From positions 1-36,733 of the forward strand of contig CAXMRH010000154.1 of the NCBI GenBank assembly GCA_964196045.1: a stretch of 36,733 nt of DNA. Reading direction: 5' to 3'. The first letter of the stretch is position 1. Each line of letters begins with the position of its first letter. A program made the translations under genes and the position numbers. This document shows, piece after piece, positions 8,630 through 16,640 of this stretch. Origin of the DNA: an uncultured Chthoniobacterales bacterium. GTDB lineage: Bacteria > Actinomycetota > Acidimicrobiia > Acidimicrobiales > SHLQ01. The notes under the pieces are model-generated. The model was not told where the DNA came from. It saw nothing but the letters and a program-made list of their open reading frames with translations, and ran no database searches.

Positions 8630-9828
8630 CGGTCACCACCCAACCTTCCCGAGCCGGCGCTCTCTCCAGGCGGGTGGCCAGGACCGTCCACGGCCGCTGC
8701 CTCCCTCGCGGCCCCGACCACGTGATCGTCGTTGTCGTCGATCTCGAATATCGGCTCAAGGGACCACTCCGCGGTCGGCCGCTCCGGGACTCGGGCGATC
8801 TCGACGACGCGCCGAGCACCAGCATCACCACGACTCATCATCACCACGAGATCGATGCAGTCGGCAAGCTGCTCGCGGATTGCCTGGAGTGGTAGATCTG
8901 CATCGCCCAACAACATCATCGTCTCGATCCTCCGCAGTACTCCCGAAGCAGTGTTCGCGTGCACGGTCGAGAGCGATCCACGATGACCCGTGTTCAAGGC
9001 CTGCACGAGGTCCAACGCCTCCGCCCCACGCATCTCGCCACAGATGATCCGATCTGGGCGCATACGTAGGGCGTTTCGCACGAGCTCTCGAAGGCCGACG
9101 GATCGGATCCCTTCGGTAGCGTTTCTCGTTTCGAGACGAACGATGTGGTTCCCCGGCAAACGAAGCTCGGCCGCATCTTCGATCGTGACGACGCGGGAGT
9201 CCGAGTCGATGAAGGCGACAAGAGCGTTGAGAAGTGTGGTCTTGCCCGACGATGTGCCACCGCCGATGATGATCGTCAGTTGGTCCGCCACGGCCTTCAT
9301 GAGTAGGTGTTTGGCTGCTGGCGCCGCCAGCTCGGACAGATCGATCGACCGGACGGCGAACCTGCGGATCGTCAGGCATGGCCCATCGACAGCCAACGGG
9401 GGGATGATCGCATGCAGTCGAGACCCGTCCTTCAACCGCACATCGACGCTCGGTTCCGTTCGATCGATGCGCCGACCCGCGTTCGAGGCCAATCGCCGAA
9501 CCAGCTGCAGCGTTGTCTCCGGTTCGAGGCTCTGACCCGTACGTTCGAGCCGTCCGCGGCGCTCGACCCAGACGCTTCCGTCGCCGTTCACCATAATTTC
9601 TGTGACAGTTTCGTCGAGCCCGTACTGGTGCAACGGACCGAGTCCGTCGATCCTTGCCTTGACTTCGTCGACCACATCTTCGATCGACGCGGCGGTGGCA
9701 AGCGGTTCGGCCTCGGCGATCAGACTCCGAATGCGACATTCCATATCCACATCGAGAGCAGCCCCCTCGTTCCACAACTCGCGATGCACCCGTTGAACGG
9801 TGCCTGACAGCGCTCGGGGCGAACTCAT
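8626..9828 (-). CDS. tadA: TadA/CpaF-family pilus assembly ATPase
   Basis: ATG 9828 (MSSPRALSG...) overlaps the upstream stop (ATGA). Walker A GGGTSSGKTTLLNAL. MRPDRIICGEMRG and HRGSLSTVHAN boxes typical of VirB11/CpaF ATPases. Confidence 0.9.
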   Translation of the reverse strand: MSSPRALSGTVQRVHRELWNEGAALDVDMECRIRSLIAEAEPLATAASIEDVVDEVKARIDGLGPLHQYGLDETVTEIMVNGDGSVWVERRGRLERTGQSLEPETTLQLVRRLASNAGRRIDRTEPSVDVRLKDGSRLHAIIPPLAVDGPCLTIRRFAVRSIDLSELAAPAAKHLLMKAVADQLTIIIGGGTSSGKTTLLNALVAFIDSDSRVVTIEDAAELRLPGNHIVRLETRNATEGIRSVGLRELVRNALRMRPDRIICGEMRGAEALDLVQALNTGHRGSLSTVHANTASGVLRRIETMMLLGDADLPLQAIREQLADCIDLVVMMSRGDAGARRVVEIARVPERPTAEWSLEPIFEIDDNDDHVVGAAREAAAVDGPGHPPGESAGSGRLGGDR

Positions 9829-10550
9829 AGGAGAACCCCCTCGACCTGCTGGAACGTCGAGGAGGAAGGAGTCGGCATCAGGTCGCGCACGAGGCGTCGC
9901 AAAGGGCGGGGCAGTCGCCCCGTCAACAACCCTGCATCGATCGCCCGGGCAACCCGTGGATCGACCGCCAGCCGGGTCGTCACCGCCCTTCCAACCACCG
10001 CTTCGATGTCGAGAGTCGACAGGGCGCGTCCACCCTCTACGATCTCGACCACGTCGTCTGCAACCACTGGCAGGTGCCGAGCACGACGCAACGCCAGATA
10101 ACACGCTCGAAGGACAAGGGTGGTCCGATCGCTCGACGCCGCAAGTAGCGACACCGGAGAGAACGGGTCGGGATCGAGAACACCGAGGTCACCAAGGACG
10201 ACTCGTCCGTCCTGGAAAGCTCCCACCAACGCATGACACCGTTGTGGCGACACCGGCTGTGTCTTTGATCGCGAACCGGCAGGGAGAATTGTGAGCCCTG
10301 GACGCAACTCGACCTCGAGGTTCGAGAGCGCCTCGACGCCAACATCATCCGTCGCATGTAACCAATCCCACACGCCGCTGGTGGCGCCGGCGTCGAGACC
10401 AAAGATCTCGAGCTGATCGCCGCAGAAGTCGATGAGTGTCACGGCGCGGCCTTTCGACAGGCCAGACGCCATTGCAGCGGCGACCACGGACACGCCGACT
10501 CCGCCCTTCGGAGAAACGAACGTCCAGAACACGATGAACCCCCGACGCAC
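9825..10550 (-). CDS. Ssd/TadZ(CpaE)-like MinD/ParA-fold protein with degenerate P-loop
   Basis: 241 aa with a GTG start. N-terminal FVSPKGGVGVS is a deviant Walker A lacking the second Lys. It is the first gene of the tad operon and is coupled to tadA. Confidence 0.6.
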   Translation of the reverse strand: MRRGFIVFWTFVSPKGGVGVSVVAAAMASGLSKGRAVTLIDFCGDQLEIFGLDAGATSGVWDWLHATDDVGVEALSNLEVELRPGLTILPAGSRSKTQPVSPQRCHALVGAFQDGRVVLGDLGVLDPDPFSPVSLLAASSDRTTLVLRACYLALRRARHLPVVADDVVEIVEGGRALSTLDIEAVVGRAVTTRLAVDPRVARAIDAGLLTGRLPRPLRRLVRDLMPTPSSSTFQQVEGVLL

Positions 10551-10682
10551 ATCGCGTCGCAGATGATGACGGGGGAAGTCAGAGGCCGAGGGCCAAGATC
10601 GGCGGGACGCCAGTCACGCTCGTGTGACCACTCTCGCGCGTGGCTCACGTGTCATGCAATACCGGCGACGTAGTCTGGTTTG

Positions 10683-11492
10683 ATGGGCGAAACCGAGGTG
10701 ACTCCCGCGCGAAGAGCGGCGGCATTCTTCGATCTCGACAAGACGACGATCGCTACCGCGTCGCTGTTTGCGTTCAGCTCGACACTTCGCGAAGCCGGCT
10801 ACATCAACTCCCGGCTGATCATGAGGGCCATCTGGGGGCGATTCGTATTCAACTATCTCGGCGCTGACCACGAACGTATGGAAGACATGCGAAACAACGC
10901 GCTGCGACTCTGCAAGGGCTGGGATCAGCGGCACATCAGTGAACTCGTCACCGATGCATTGGAAGAGGTGCTCGAGCCGATTGTGTACAGCGAAGCCGTG
11001 GACGAGATCGCGGCGCATCGGGCCGCCGGACACATGATCTTCATGGTGTCGGCCTCACCTCAAGAAATCGTTCTTCCACTCTCTCGTTACCTCGGGGCTG
11101 ATGGAGCCGTCGCTACGATCGCGGAGATCGACCGAGCAGGCAAATACACGGGCGGGGTGGAGTTCTACTCCTATGGCCCATACAAGGCCGATGCGATCGA
11201 AGCCCTGGCGCTCGAACATGACCTCGACCTCGATGAGTCGTACGCCTACACCGACTCGATCACCGATCTCCCCATGCTGGAGGCGATTGGGTATCCAATC
11301 GTGGTCAATCCCGACAAAGCTCTCAACAAGATCGCGACCGATCGCGGCTGGGAAGTGCGCTGGTTCTCGAACACCGTGCCGCTGCGCTCACGCGTGAGCG
11401 AACACGCCCGAACTGGGGCGCTCGTTGCAGGTGTGGGAGCACTCGCGGGCGGTGCGAGTTGGTATGTGCGGTCTCGTCGTCGCAGCGCTTGA
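10683..11492 (+). CDS. HAD-IB family hydrolase (SerB-like) with C-terminal hydrophobic tail
   Basis: Motif I FFDLDKTT, later MVSASP and a YTDSITDLPML-type motif IV. TAGTCT lies 6 nt upstream of ATG 10683. A TTG one codon upstream (10680) is the ORF-track start. Confidence 0.8.
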   Translation: MGETEVTPARRAAAFFDLDKTTIATASLFAFSSTLREAGYINSRLIMRAIWGRFVFNYLGADHERMEDMRNNALRLCKGWDQRHISELVTDALEEVLEPIVYSEAVDEIAAHRAAGHMIFMVSASPQEIVLPLSRYLGADGAVATIAEIDRAGKYTGGVEFYSYGPYKADAIEALALEHDLDLDESYAYTDSITDLPMLEAIGYPIVVNPDKALNKIATDRGWEVRWFSNTVPLRSRVSEHARTGALVAGVGALAGGASWYVRSRRRSA

Positions 11493-11508
11493 GGAGTGCA
11501 ATCTGTGT

Positions 11509-12879
11509 CTAACCGGAGACGATTCTGAAGATTCCGCCGGCCCTGCTGAGCACGTAGGGCTCTCCCTGAGCGTCGACACCGAAACTGGTGAGCTCATCGA
11601 TCGCCGGTAGGTCGAGTCGGACCGGTTCGGCGCTCTCGTCGATCCGATAGCCGAATACCTCCCCGGTACAGAAGTCGCCGAACAGATAGGTTCCCTCCAT
11701 TCGAGGAATCTCCGTGCCGCGATACACCTCTCCCCCGGTGACCGAGCATCGACCATTCGTTTGTGCGTAGGCGATGACAGGCTCTACGTGACCCTCGGGC
11801 GCCGTTCCACTGCGATACGGCTCGAGGCCTTCGATCTCGTTCCATCCGAGATTGGCGCCAGCTTGATCCCCGTTGCGAAGAACGTTCACTTCCTCGAAAC
11901 GGTCTTGGCCGACATCGGCAATCCAAAGGTCACCCGTGGGTTGATCGAACGCGAAGCGCCAGGCGTTGCGAACACCCCAAATGAACACCTCGGGAGCGGC
12001 ACCATCTGGGAACGGATTGTCGCTCGGAATGCCATACCCTTCATCGGCCGCGACGTCGATGCGAAGAATCGAGCCCAGGCGTGTGTCGGGATTCTGACCA
12101 TTGTCCCGAGGATCACCTACGCCGCCTCCGTCGCCCAAGCCGATGTACAGGAAGCCATCGGGTCCGAAAGCGAGCTGACCTCCGTTGTGATTTCCCTGAG
12201 GTTGGTCGACTGTGAATAGCACCTCGGCAGACTCCGCATCGGCAATCGGTCCAGCCATGGCGTATCGAGCGATGACGGTGTCTCCGTCGGTGTTGGTGTA
12301 GTCGACGTACAAGGTGTCCCCGTCTGGCGAGAACGTCATGCCGAGGAGACCCTGTTCGTTTCCGAGACTGACGGATCCGCGTAAGTCGAATGTGACATCT
12401 GCCCCACTGGCGGATCCATTCGGGAAACGCACAATTCTGCCCCGCTGCTCCACCACGAAGAGGTCTGTCGAGCCGGGGCGAGCTGTCAATCCAACCGGGC
12501 TGTTCACGCTCCCTACCAATTCGAGCTCGACGGCGATCGAGTCAAGTGGCGTGTGCGGGATCGGCGTCGTCGTGGGCGGCGTCGTCGTGGTTGTCGGCGC
12601 CCCCGTTGTGGTTGTCGGCGCCCCCGTTGTGGTTGTCGGCGCCCCCGTTGTGGTTGTCGTCGCCGAGGAGACGGGGGCGCTCGTGGTCAACGTGCCATCG
12701 ACGAGATTGCGGGCGGGAATCGTCACGGTTTCGTCGTCAGAAACAGCCAACGAAGTGCCCGGATCGGCGCTGGGAGCATCTTCGGAATCGGACGCGCATG
12801 CAGTGGCAATGAGCGCGGACAGTAGCGCTACGCCAAGCCATCCATGCACCCGGTGGAGTGAGTCACGTCGAAACAGCAT
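11509..12879 (-). CDS. PQQ-dependent (soluble) sugar dehydrogenase-family lipoprotein
   Basis: ATG 12879. Signal plus lipobox LSALIATAC|ASD, a Thr/Pro linker, then the beta-propeller signature QPQGNHNGGQLAFGPDGFLYIGLGDGGG. Confidence 0.8.
   Translation of the reverse strand: MLFRRDSLHRVHGWLGVALLSALIATACASDSEDAPSADPGTSLAVSDDETVTIPARNLVDGTLTTSAPVSSATTTTTGAPTTTTGAPTTTTGAPTTTTTPPTTTPIPHTPLDSIAVELELVGSVNSPVGLTARPGSTDLFVVEQRGRIVRFPNGSASGADVTFDLRGSVSLGNEQGLLGMTFSPDGDTLYVDYTNTDGDTVIARYAMAGPIADAESAEVLFTVDQPQGNHNGGQLAFGPDGFLYIGLGDGGGVGDPRDNGQNPDTRLGSILRIDVAADEGYGIPSDNPFPDGAAPEVFIWGVRNAWRFAFDQPTGDLWIADVGQDRFEEVNVLRNGDQAGANLGWNEIEGLEPYRSGTAPEGHVEPVIAYAQTNGRCSVTGGEVYRGTEIPRMEGTYLFGDFCTGEVFGYRIDESAEPVRLDLPAIDELTSFGVDAQGEPYVLSRAGGIFRIVSG
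12590..12664. repeat. 21-bp tandem repeat (gttgtcggcgcccccgttgtg) x3.5
   Basis: Read directly: units at 12590, 12611 and 12632. In frame, encoding (GAPTTTT)n in the dehydrogenase linker. Confidence 0.9.
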
Positions 12880-12904
12880 CGTCCAATCGTACGTCCCGGA
12901 AGGT

Positions 12905-13792
12905 CTACACCTCTCGCCAGGGTCGGGCATTGGCGACAGCCATCGCCCGAAGCTCGGCGAAGTGGTCCGAGACCTCGCCTGCAATCACCTCTCGACGTAG
13001 CAACGGGCTGGCGTCGCTCGCCGGGCGCCAGATCGCGCGGCCGCCCGTGAACCCGGAGCACCCGTTGTCGAATGCCACCTTGAGTTGAGCTCGGTACTGC
13101 TCGAAGGTCACACCCGAGGACAACAAGACCCATGGTTGACAGCATGCGTCGTCGACGGCTGCACAGGCGTCTGCCCACCCAGAAGGATCCGAGGGATCAC
13201 CCGGGAACTCGATCTTCAAGACATCGATCGGTAGATCGGTGAGCTGGCGGACCGTGTCGAGCACAACTGCGGGACGATCGGCATCGTTCATCCCGAATGC
13301 GACGGGTTCCACCAGGAACGCCAGATCGAGGTCGGCGCAGATACCAGCGGTGTCAGAAACGACCTTGCGCTGCTGCTCGGCGTGATCGAGACGTTCCGGT
13401 GCGTAGGGCAGGAGCAGCTTGGCTGCGCTCGCGCCGAACTTCTTTGCGTCGAGCGCCGACCATCCTTCGAGCATGGTCGTCGGTCCTTCCCAAGGATCCT
13501 GCATATACCCCTGCGCCTCAAGCGCGGCCATGAACCCACTCGTGCCCGAGAGTGCCCCGGACTCGATCACGTGAGGAAGGCTGAATTCGGGCTCGAGCAT
13601 CACGCCGCTTGCTTGCTCACCCACGCCACGAATGAGTTCGTCCTTGAACTTCGCGATGTCCGCATCGGTGGCACCGTCAGGGAGCACCGCTTTGAGCGAG
13701 TCACGATGGTCGATTGCCAGAATGGTGAAGACCCCGTCGTTGGTCGCAAGCGTGTCGAGACCGCGCATCTTTCCGGGCGTCATCGCATGCAT
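12905..13792 (-). CDS. class I aldolase of the LacD / tagatose-1,6-bisphosphate aldolase family
   Basis: Colinear with recalled LacD blocks: NDGVFTILAIDHRDSLK, VMLEPEFSLP, IDVLKIEFP (Schiff-base Lys block), PWVLLSSGV...GGRAIW. Start is uncertain: ATG 13792 (1 nt after the upstream stop), ATG 13804 or GTG 13822. Confidence 0.8.
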   Translation of the reverse strand: MHAMTPGKMRGLDTLATNDGVFTILAIDHRDSLKAVLPDGATDADIAKFKDELIRGVGEQASGVMLEPEFSLPHVIESGALSGTSGFMAALEAQGYMQDPWEGPTTMLEGWSALDAKKFGASAAKLLLPYAPERLDHAEQQRKVVSDTAGICADLDLAFLVEPVAFGMNDADRPAVVLDTVRQLTDLPIDVLKIEFPGDPSDPSGWADACAAVDDACCQPWVLLSSGVTFEQYRAQLKVAFDNGCSGFTGGRAIWRPASDASPLLRREVIAGEVSDHFAELRAMAVANARPWREV

Positions 13793-13793
13793 G

Positions 13794-14687
13794 TCAGGCT
13801 CCATCTCCAGCGGGCATGCCACCGGGGTTGTTCAGATTGGGGGTTTGCATGACCGGCTGGGTCCAGGCGCTGAGGTCGCCGTTCTCCCAGTCCTGGTGAA
13901 TCCAGGTGAAGTCCTCGTGGAAACAGGGAGGCGTCACCCGTTCCTTGTCGACCAGTTCACCGGCGAGATAGTTGAGGAAGAACATGTTCGAGCCTGGGCA
14001 GGCCACGCTCGAGTGATATCCCTTGGGCACCAGAGCCGTGTCGCCGTCATGGAGGATGACCGTCTCATCGAACTCGGCCTCGGGGGCCCAATTGCGATGC
14101 ATCGCGAAGCCGGTGCCAGGGTCGAGGCGGAAGAAGTAGGTCTCTTCGAGGTAAGGCGAGCCTTCGATTCCATCGTGGCGATGTGGCGCCCAACCCGACC
14201 AGCACCCGCGAGGCACGTACACCTCGTAGAGAATGAGGCGCTCGGCGTCAACAGGGGGTGCCAGCACGTGATTGACCTGGCGGTGTGATGCCCCGCCCCC
14301 ACGAACCTCACTCTTCATCTGGTTCGGCGTAATGAGGCGGGTCGGATAGATCCCTTCAGCTGGAGCCGACCCAATCGCGAACTCGAAGTCGCTTTCGGCT
14401 ACGACGAGCATCTTGTCGCCAGGAGTCGCGTAGACGATGTGCGGCATCTCTTCGAACACGCTCGTCCGCGAGATCGAGAAGGCGGTGCCACCGGCGGTGA
14501 CAGAGGCGGATCCTGCGAGAGGCACGATGGCAGTTTCTTGACCGGGACGTACATCGTTGTATGTCTCGCCAGCGTCGAGGGACACCACCCGAAAACTGAG
14601 GTACTTCCAGTCCGCGGATTCAGGTGTGACGTTCAAGAGGACGCCGTTGCCACCACTGTTGCGAACCAGGCTGTTTCGTTCTGTCAT
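13794..14687 (-). CDS. IolB/KduI-family cupin isomerase, divergent paralog
   Basis: ATG 14687 lies 2 nt after the SDR stop. RGGGASHRQVNHV, WAPHRHD and YLEETYFFRL parallel the IolB blocks in the second copy at 24207-25121. It carries an extra ~45-aa C-terminal tail. Confidence 0.75.
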   Translation of the reverse strand: MTERNSLVRNSGGNGVLLNVTPESADWKYLSFRVVSLDAGETYNDVRPGQETAIVPLAGSASVTAGGTAFSISRTSVFEEMPHIVYATPGDKMLVVAESDFEFAIGSAPAEGIYPTRLITPNQMKSEVRGGGASHRQVNHVLAPPVDAERLILYEVYVPRGCWSGWAPHRHDGIEGSPYLEETYFFRLDPGTGFAMHRNWAPEAEFDETVILHDGDTALVPKGYHSSVACPGSNMFFLNYLAGELVDKERVTPPCFHEDFTWIHQDWENGDLSAWTQPVMQTPNLNNPGGMPAGDGA

Positions 14688-14689
14688 AT

Positions 14690-15559
14690 CTACTTCTCTT
14701 CCCACGCGAAGTGTTCGGGCACCGGCTGAGCGCGAGGTAGCTGGCCCACCCCCGGAATCGTTTGATCAAAATCGAGGCTCACCCCAGACATCATCCCGGA
14801 CTCTGTCGAAGCGAGGAAGCAGATTCCACGCGCCACTTCCTGCGGTTTGAGCAGGCGGCCGGTGGGTTGTGCTGCCTCAGCAGCCACGAGCCAGTCTTCT
14901 GGAGCGTCGTGGAAGCGCTTCTGCGTCTCATGTTCGGAGGGAGTATCCATCCAGCCGGGGCTGAGCATGTTGACCCGAATGTTGTCGGCCATCAGAGAGA
15001 ACGCAGCATTCTTGACCAGTGTTTCGCCCGCATGTTTCGACGTCGAGTAGGGCCAAAGAACCTCGTCGCCCCCGTGGTGCGCGACGCTCCCGATCAGCAC
15101 CATCGTTCCCATCACACCTTCACGTTTCATAATCTTGGCCAGGCCGGTGATGAAGAGAGCTGGCATCTTGATGTTGACGCCGAGCATGTCGTCCCACATC
15201 GTCGCCGTGGTGTTCCACACCGAACCTCGCCATGTGGCCGCAGCACAGTTCACGAACACGTTCACCACACCGAAGACACGATCGACCTCGTCGATCACAG
15301 CCTGCACACCAACATCGGACCGAAGGTCGGCACTCACAAACACGGCCCGACAGCCGTCGCCATCGAGGGCTGCAGCTGCAGCCTCACCCTTCTCCACGAC
15401 TCGGCCAACGAGCACGAGGCCCACTGCACCGCGCGCCTTCATGAGCTGAGCGGTCGCGTAGCCGAGCCCCTGGGTTCCCCCAGTAATCACGGCGACTTTC
15501 CCAGCGAATGAGGCGTGTCCGAATGGATTCGACGTATCCAGAGTCTGATCCATGCTCAT
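14690..15559 (-). CDS. short-chain dehydrogenase/reductase (SDR)
   Basis: ATG 15559 is preceded by GGGGAGG. Cofactor motif VITGGTQGLG and catalytic YSTSK (YxxxK). Confidence 0.85.
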   Translation of the reverse strand: MSMDQTLDTSNPFGHASFAGKVAVITGGTQGLGYATAQLMKARGAVGLVLVGRVVEKGEAAAAALDGDGCRAVFVSADLRSDVGVQAVIDEVDRVFGVVNVFVNCAAATWRGSVWNTTATMWDDMLGVNIKMPALFITGLAKIMKREGVMGTMVLIGSVAHHGGDEVLWPYSTSKHAGETLVKNAAFSLMADNIRVNMLSPGWMDTPSEHETQKRFHDAPEDWLVAAEAAQPTGRLLKPQEVARGICFLASTESGMMSGVSLDFDQTIPGVGQLPRAQPVPEHFAWEEK

Positions 15560-15635
15560 CCAACCTCCCCAAAATTTGTATGTCTGAACGCGCCAGTCGT
15601 GCACAGACCTACGAATATTCTCAATTGTGCGGACA

Positions 15636-16640
15636 TCATTGGACCTCCGCCACCTTGACGACTCGGCTCTCCTTGAACGACAGTGCCGCTGCCATACCGA
15701 TCGCCAACGGCGCTCGACCGTCGTTTCCAGTCACGGGCATCGTTCCACTCTCCAAGCCGTCGACGAATGCCTGCCATTCGGCCACGTAGCTCGGGATGTA
15801 CCGCTCGAGAAAAAAGTAGGGGATGTTGGTGAGTCGGGTGCCGTCTGGGCCGTGCACCTCGGTCGTGTGACTCCGTGGGTTCTCCGACACCGCCATACCG
15901 CCTGAACCGAATACCTCGACGCGCTGGTCGTAGCCGTATACCGCCTGACGACTGTTGTCGATCGTGGTGATCGCGTCGTTCTCGTGGGTGAGGACGACGA
16001 CGGCAGTGTCGACATCACCGGCTTCACCAATTGCAGGGTCGACACGCACGGCTGCCGTCGCATACACGTCGACAACCTCGCTGCCTGTGATGAATCGAGC
16101 CATGTCGAAGTCGTGAATGGTCATGTCGTTGAAGATGCCGCCCGAGACCTTGATGTACTCAATTGGTGGCGGAGCCGGATCACGACTCGTGATTCGCAAC
16201 ATGTGCACGTCGCCGACCGACCCATCGATCACGGCTTGTCGTACCGCTGCGTGCGCGGCATCAAAGCGGCGGTTGAAGCCGATCTGCAGTGGTACGCCTG
16301 CCGTCTCCACGGCAGCGAGGGCCCGATCGACCTCCGACAGATTCAACGAGATCGGCTTCTCGAGGAAGATTGCCTTGCCCGCCTCGGCAGCAGCGACCAC
16401 GAGGTCCACGTGTGTGTCCGTGCTCGTGCAGATCGCGACCGCGTCGACGTCGCTTGACATCACCTCTTCGGCGCTTCCAGCCAGCTCACAACCGAGATCG
16501 TCGGCGACCGCACGTGCGCCCTCGGTGTACACATCGAAGACGGAATGCAGATCGAGACCGGGCACCTGACGGTCGATGAGTTCGGCGTGCATCTTGCCGA
16601 TTCGACCTGTCCCGAGGACGGCGATGGATGGTTTCGTCAT
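15636..16640 (-). CDS. iolG: inositol 2-dehydrogenase-type Gfo/Idh/MocA oxidoreductase
   Basis: 334 aa. N-terminal IAVLGTGRIGKMHAEL Rossmann motif and the EKP motif (FLEKPISL). The ATG overlaps the upstream stop (ATGA 16637-16640). Confidence 0.75.
   Translation of the reverse strand: MTKPSIAVLGTGRIGKMHAELIDRQVPGLDLHSVFDVYTEGARAVADDLGCELAGSAEEVMSSDVDAVAICTSTDTHVDLVVAAAEAGKAIFLEKPISLNLSEVDRALAAVETAGVPLQIGFNRRFDAAHAAVRQAVIDGSVGDVHMLRITSRDPAPPPIEYIKVSGGIFNDMTIHDFDMARFITGSEVVDVYATAAVRVDPAIGEAGDVDTAVVVLTHENDAITTIDNSRQAVYGYDQRVEVFGSGGMAVSENPRSHTTEVHGPDGTRLTNIPYFFLERYIPSYVAEWQAFVDGLESGTMPVTGNDGRAPLAIGMAAALSFKESRVVKVAEVQ

Noticed and set aside
9829-10104. N-terminal extensions of the ORF-track versions of tadA (to 10104), iolB (24207..25472), iolE (to 32488), RmlD-like (to 17797), HD-GYP (to 6755) and PQQ-dehydrogenase (to 12984).
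   Set aside because: The extensions overlap the upstream gene in another frame and are Arg/Pro/Gly-rich. Internal starts give ATGA/GTGA coupling or good ribosome-binding sites, and N-termini matching the family.
12822-12831. 10-bp palindrome GTAGCGCTAC resembling the centre of the LacI-type operator.
   Set aside because: It lacks the AG/CT core extension of the 32162-32181 operator. It also lies inside the signal-peptide coding region of the dehydrogenase, so it is most likely a chance match.
15560-15635. Relatively AT-rich 76-nt gap between iolG and the SDR gene (contains GAATATTC and aaaatttgta) as an internal promoter.
   Set aside because: I could not find a TANNNT hexamer with sensible spacing to a -35 element or to the start codon. 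It remains possible but is unsupported by sequence alone.
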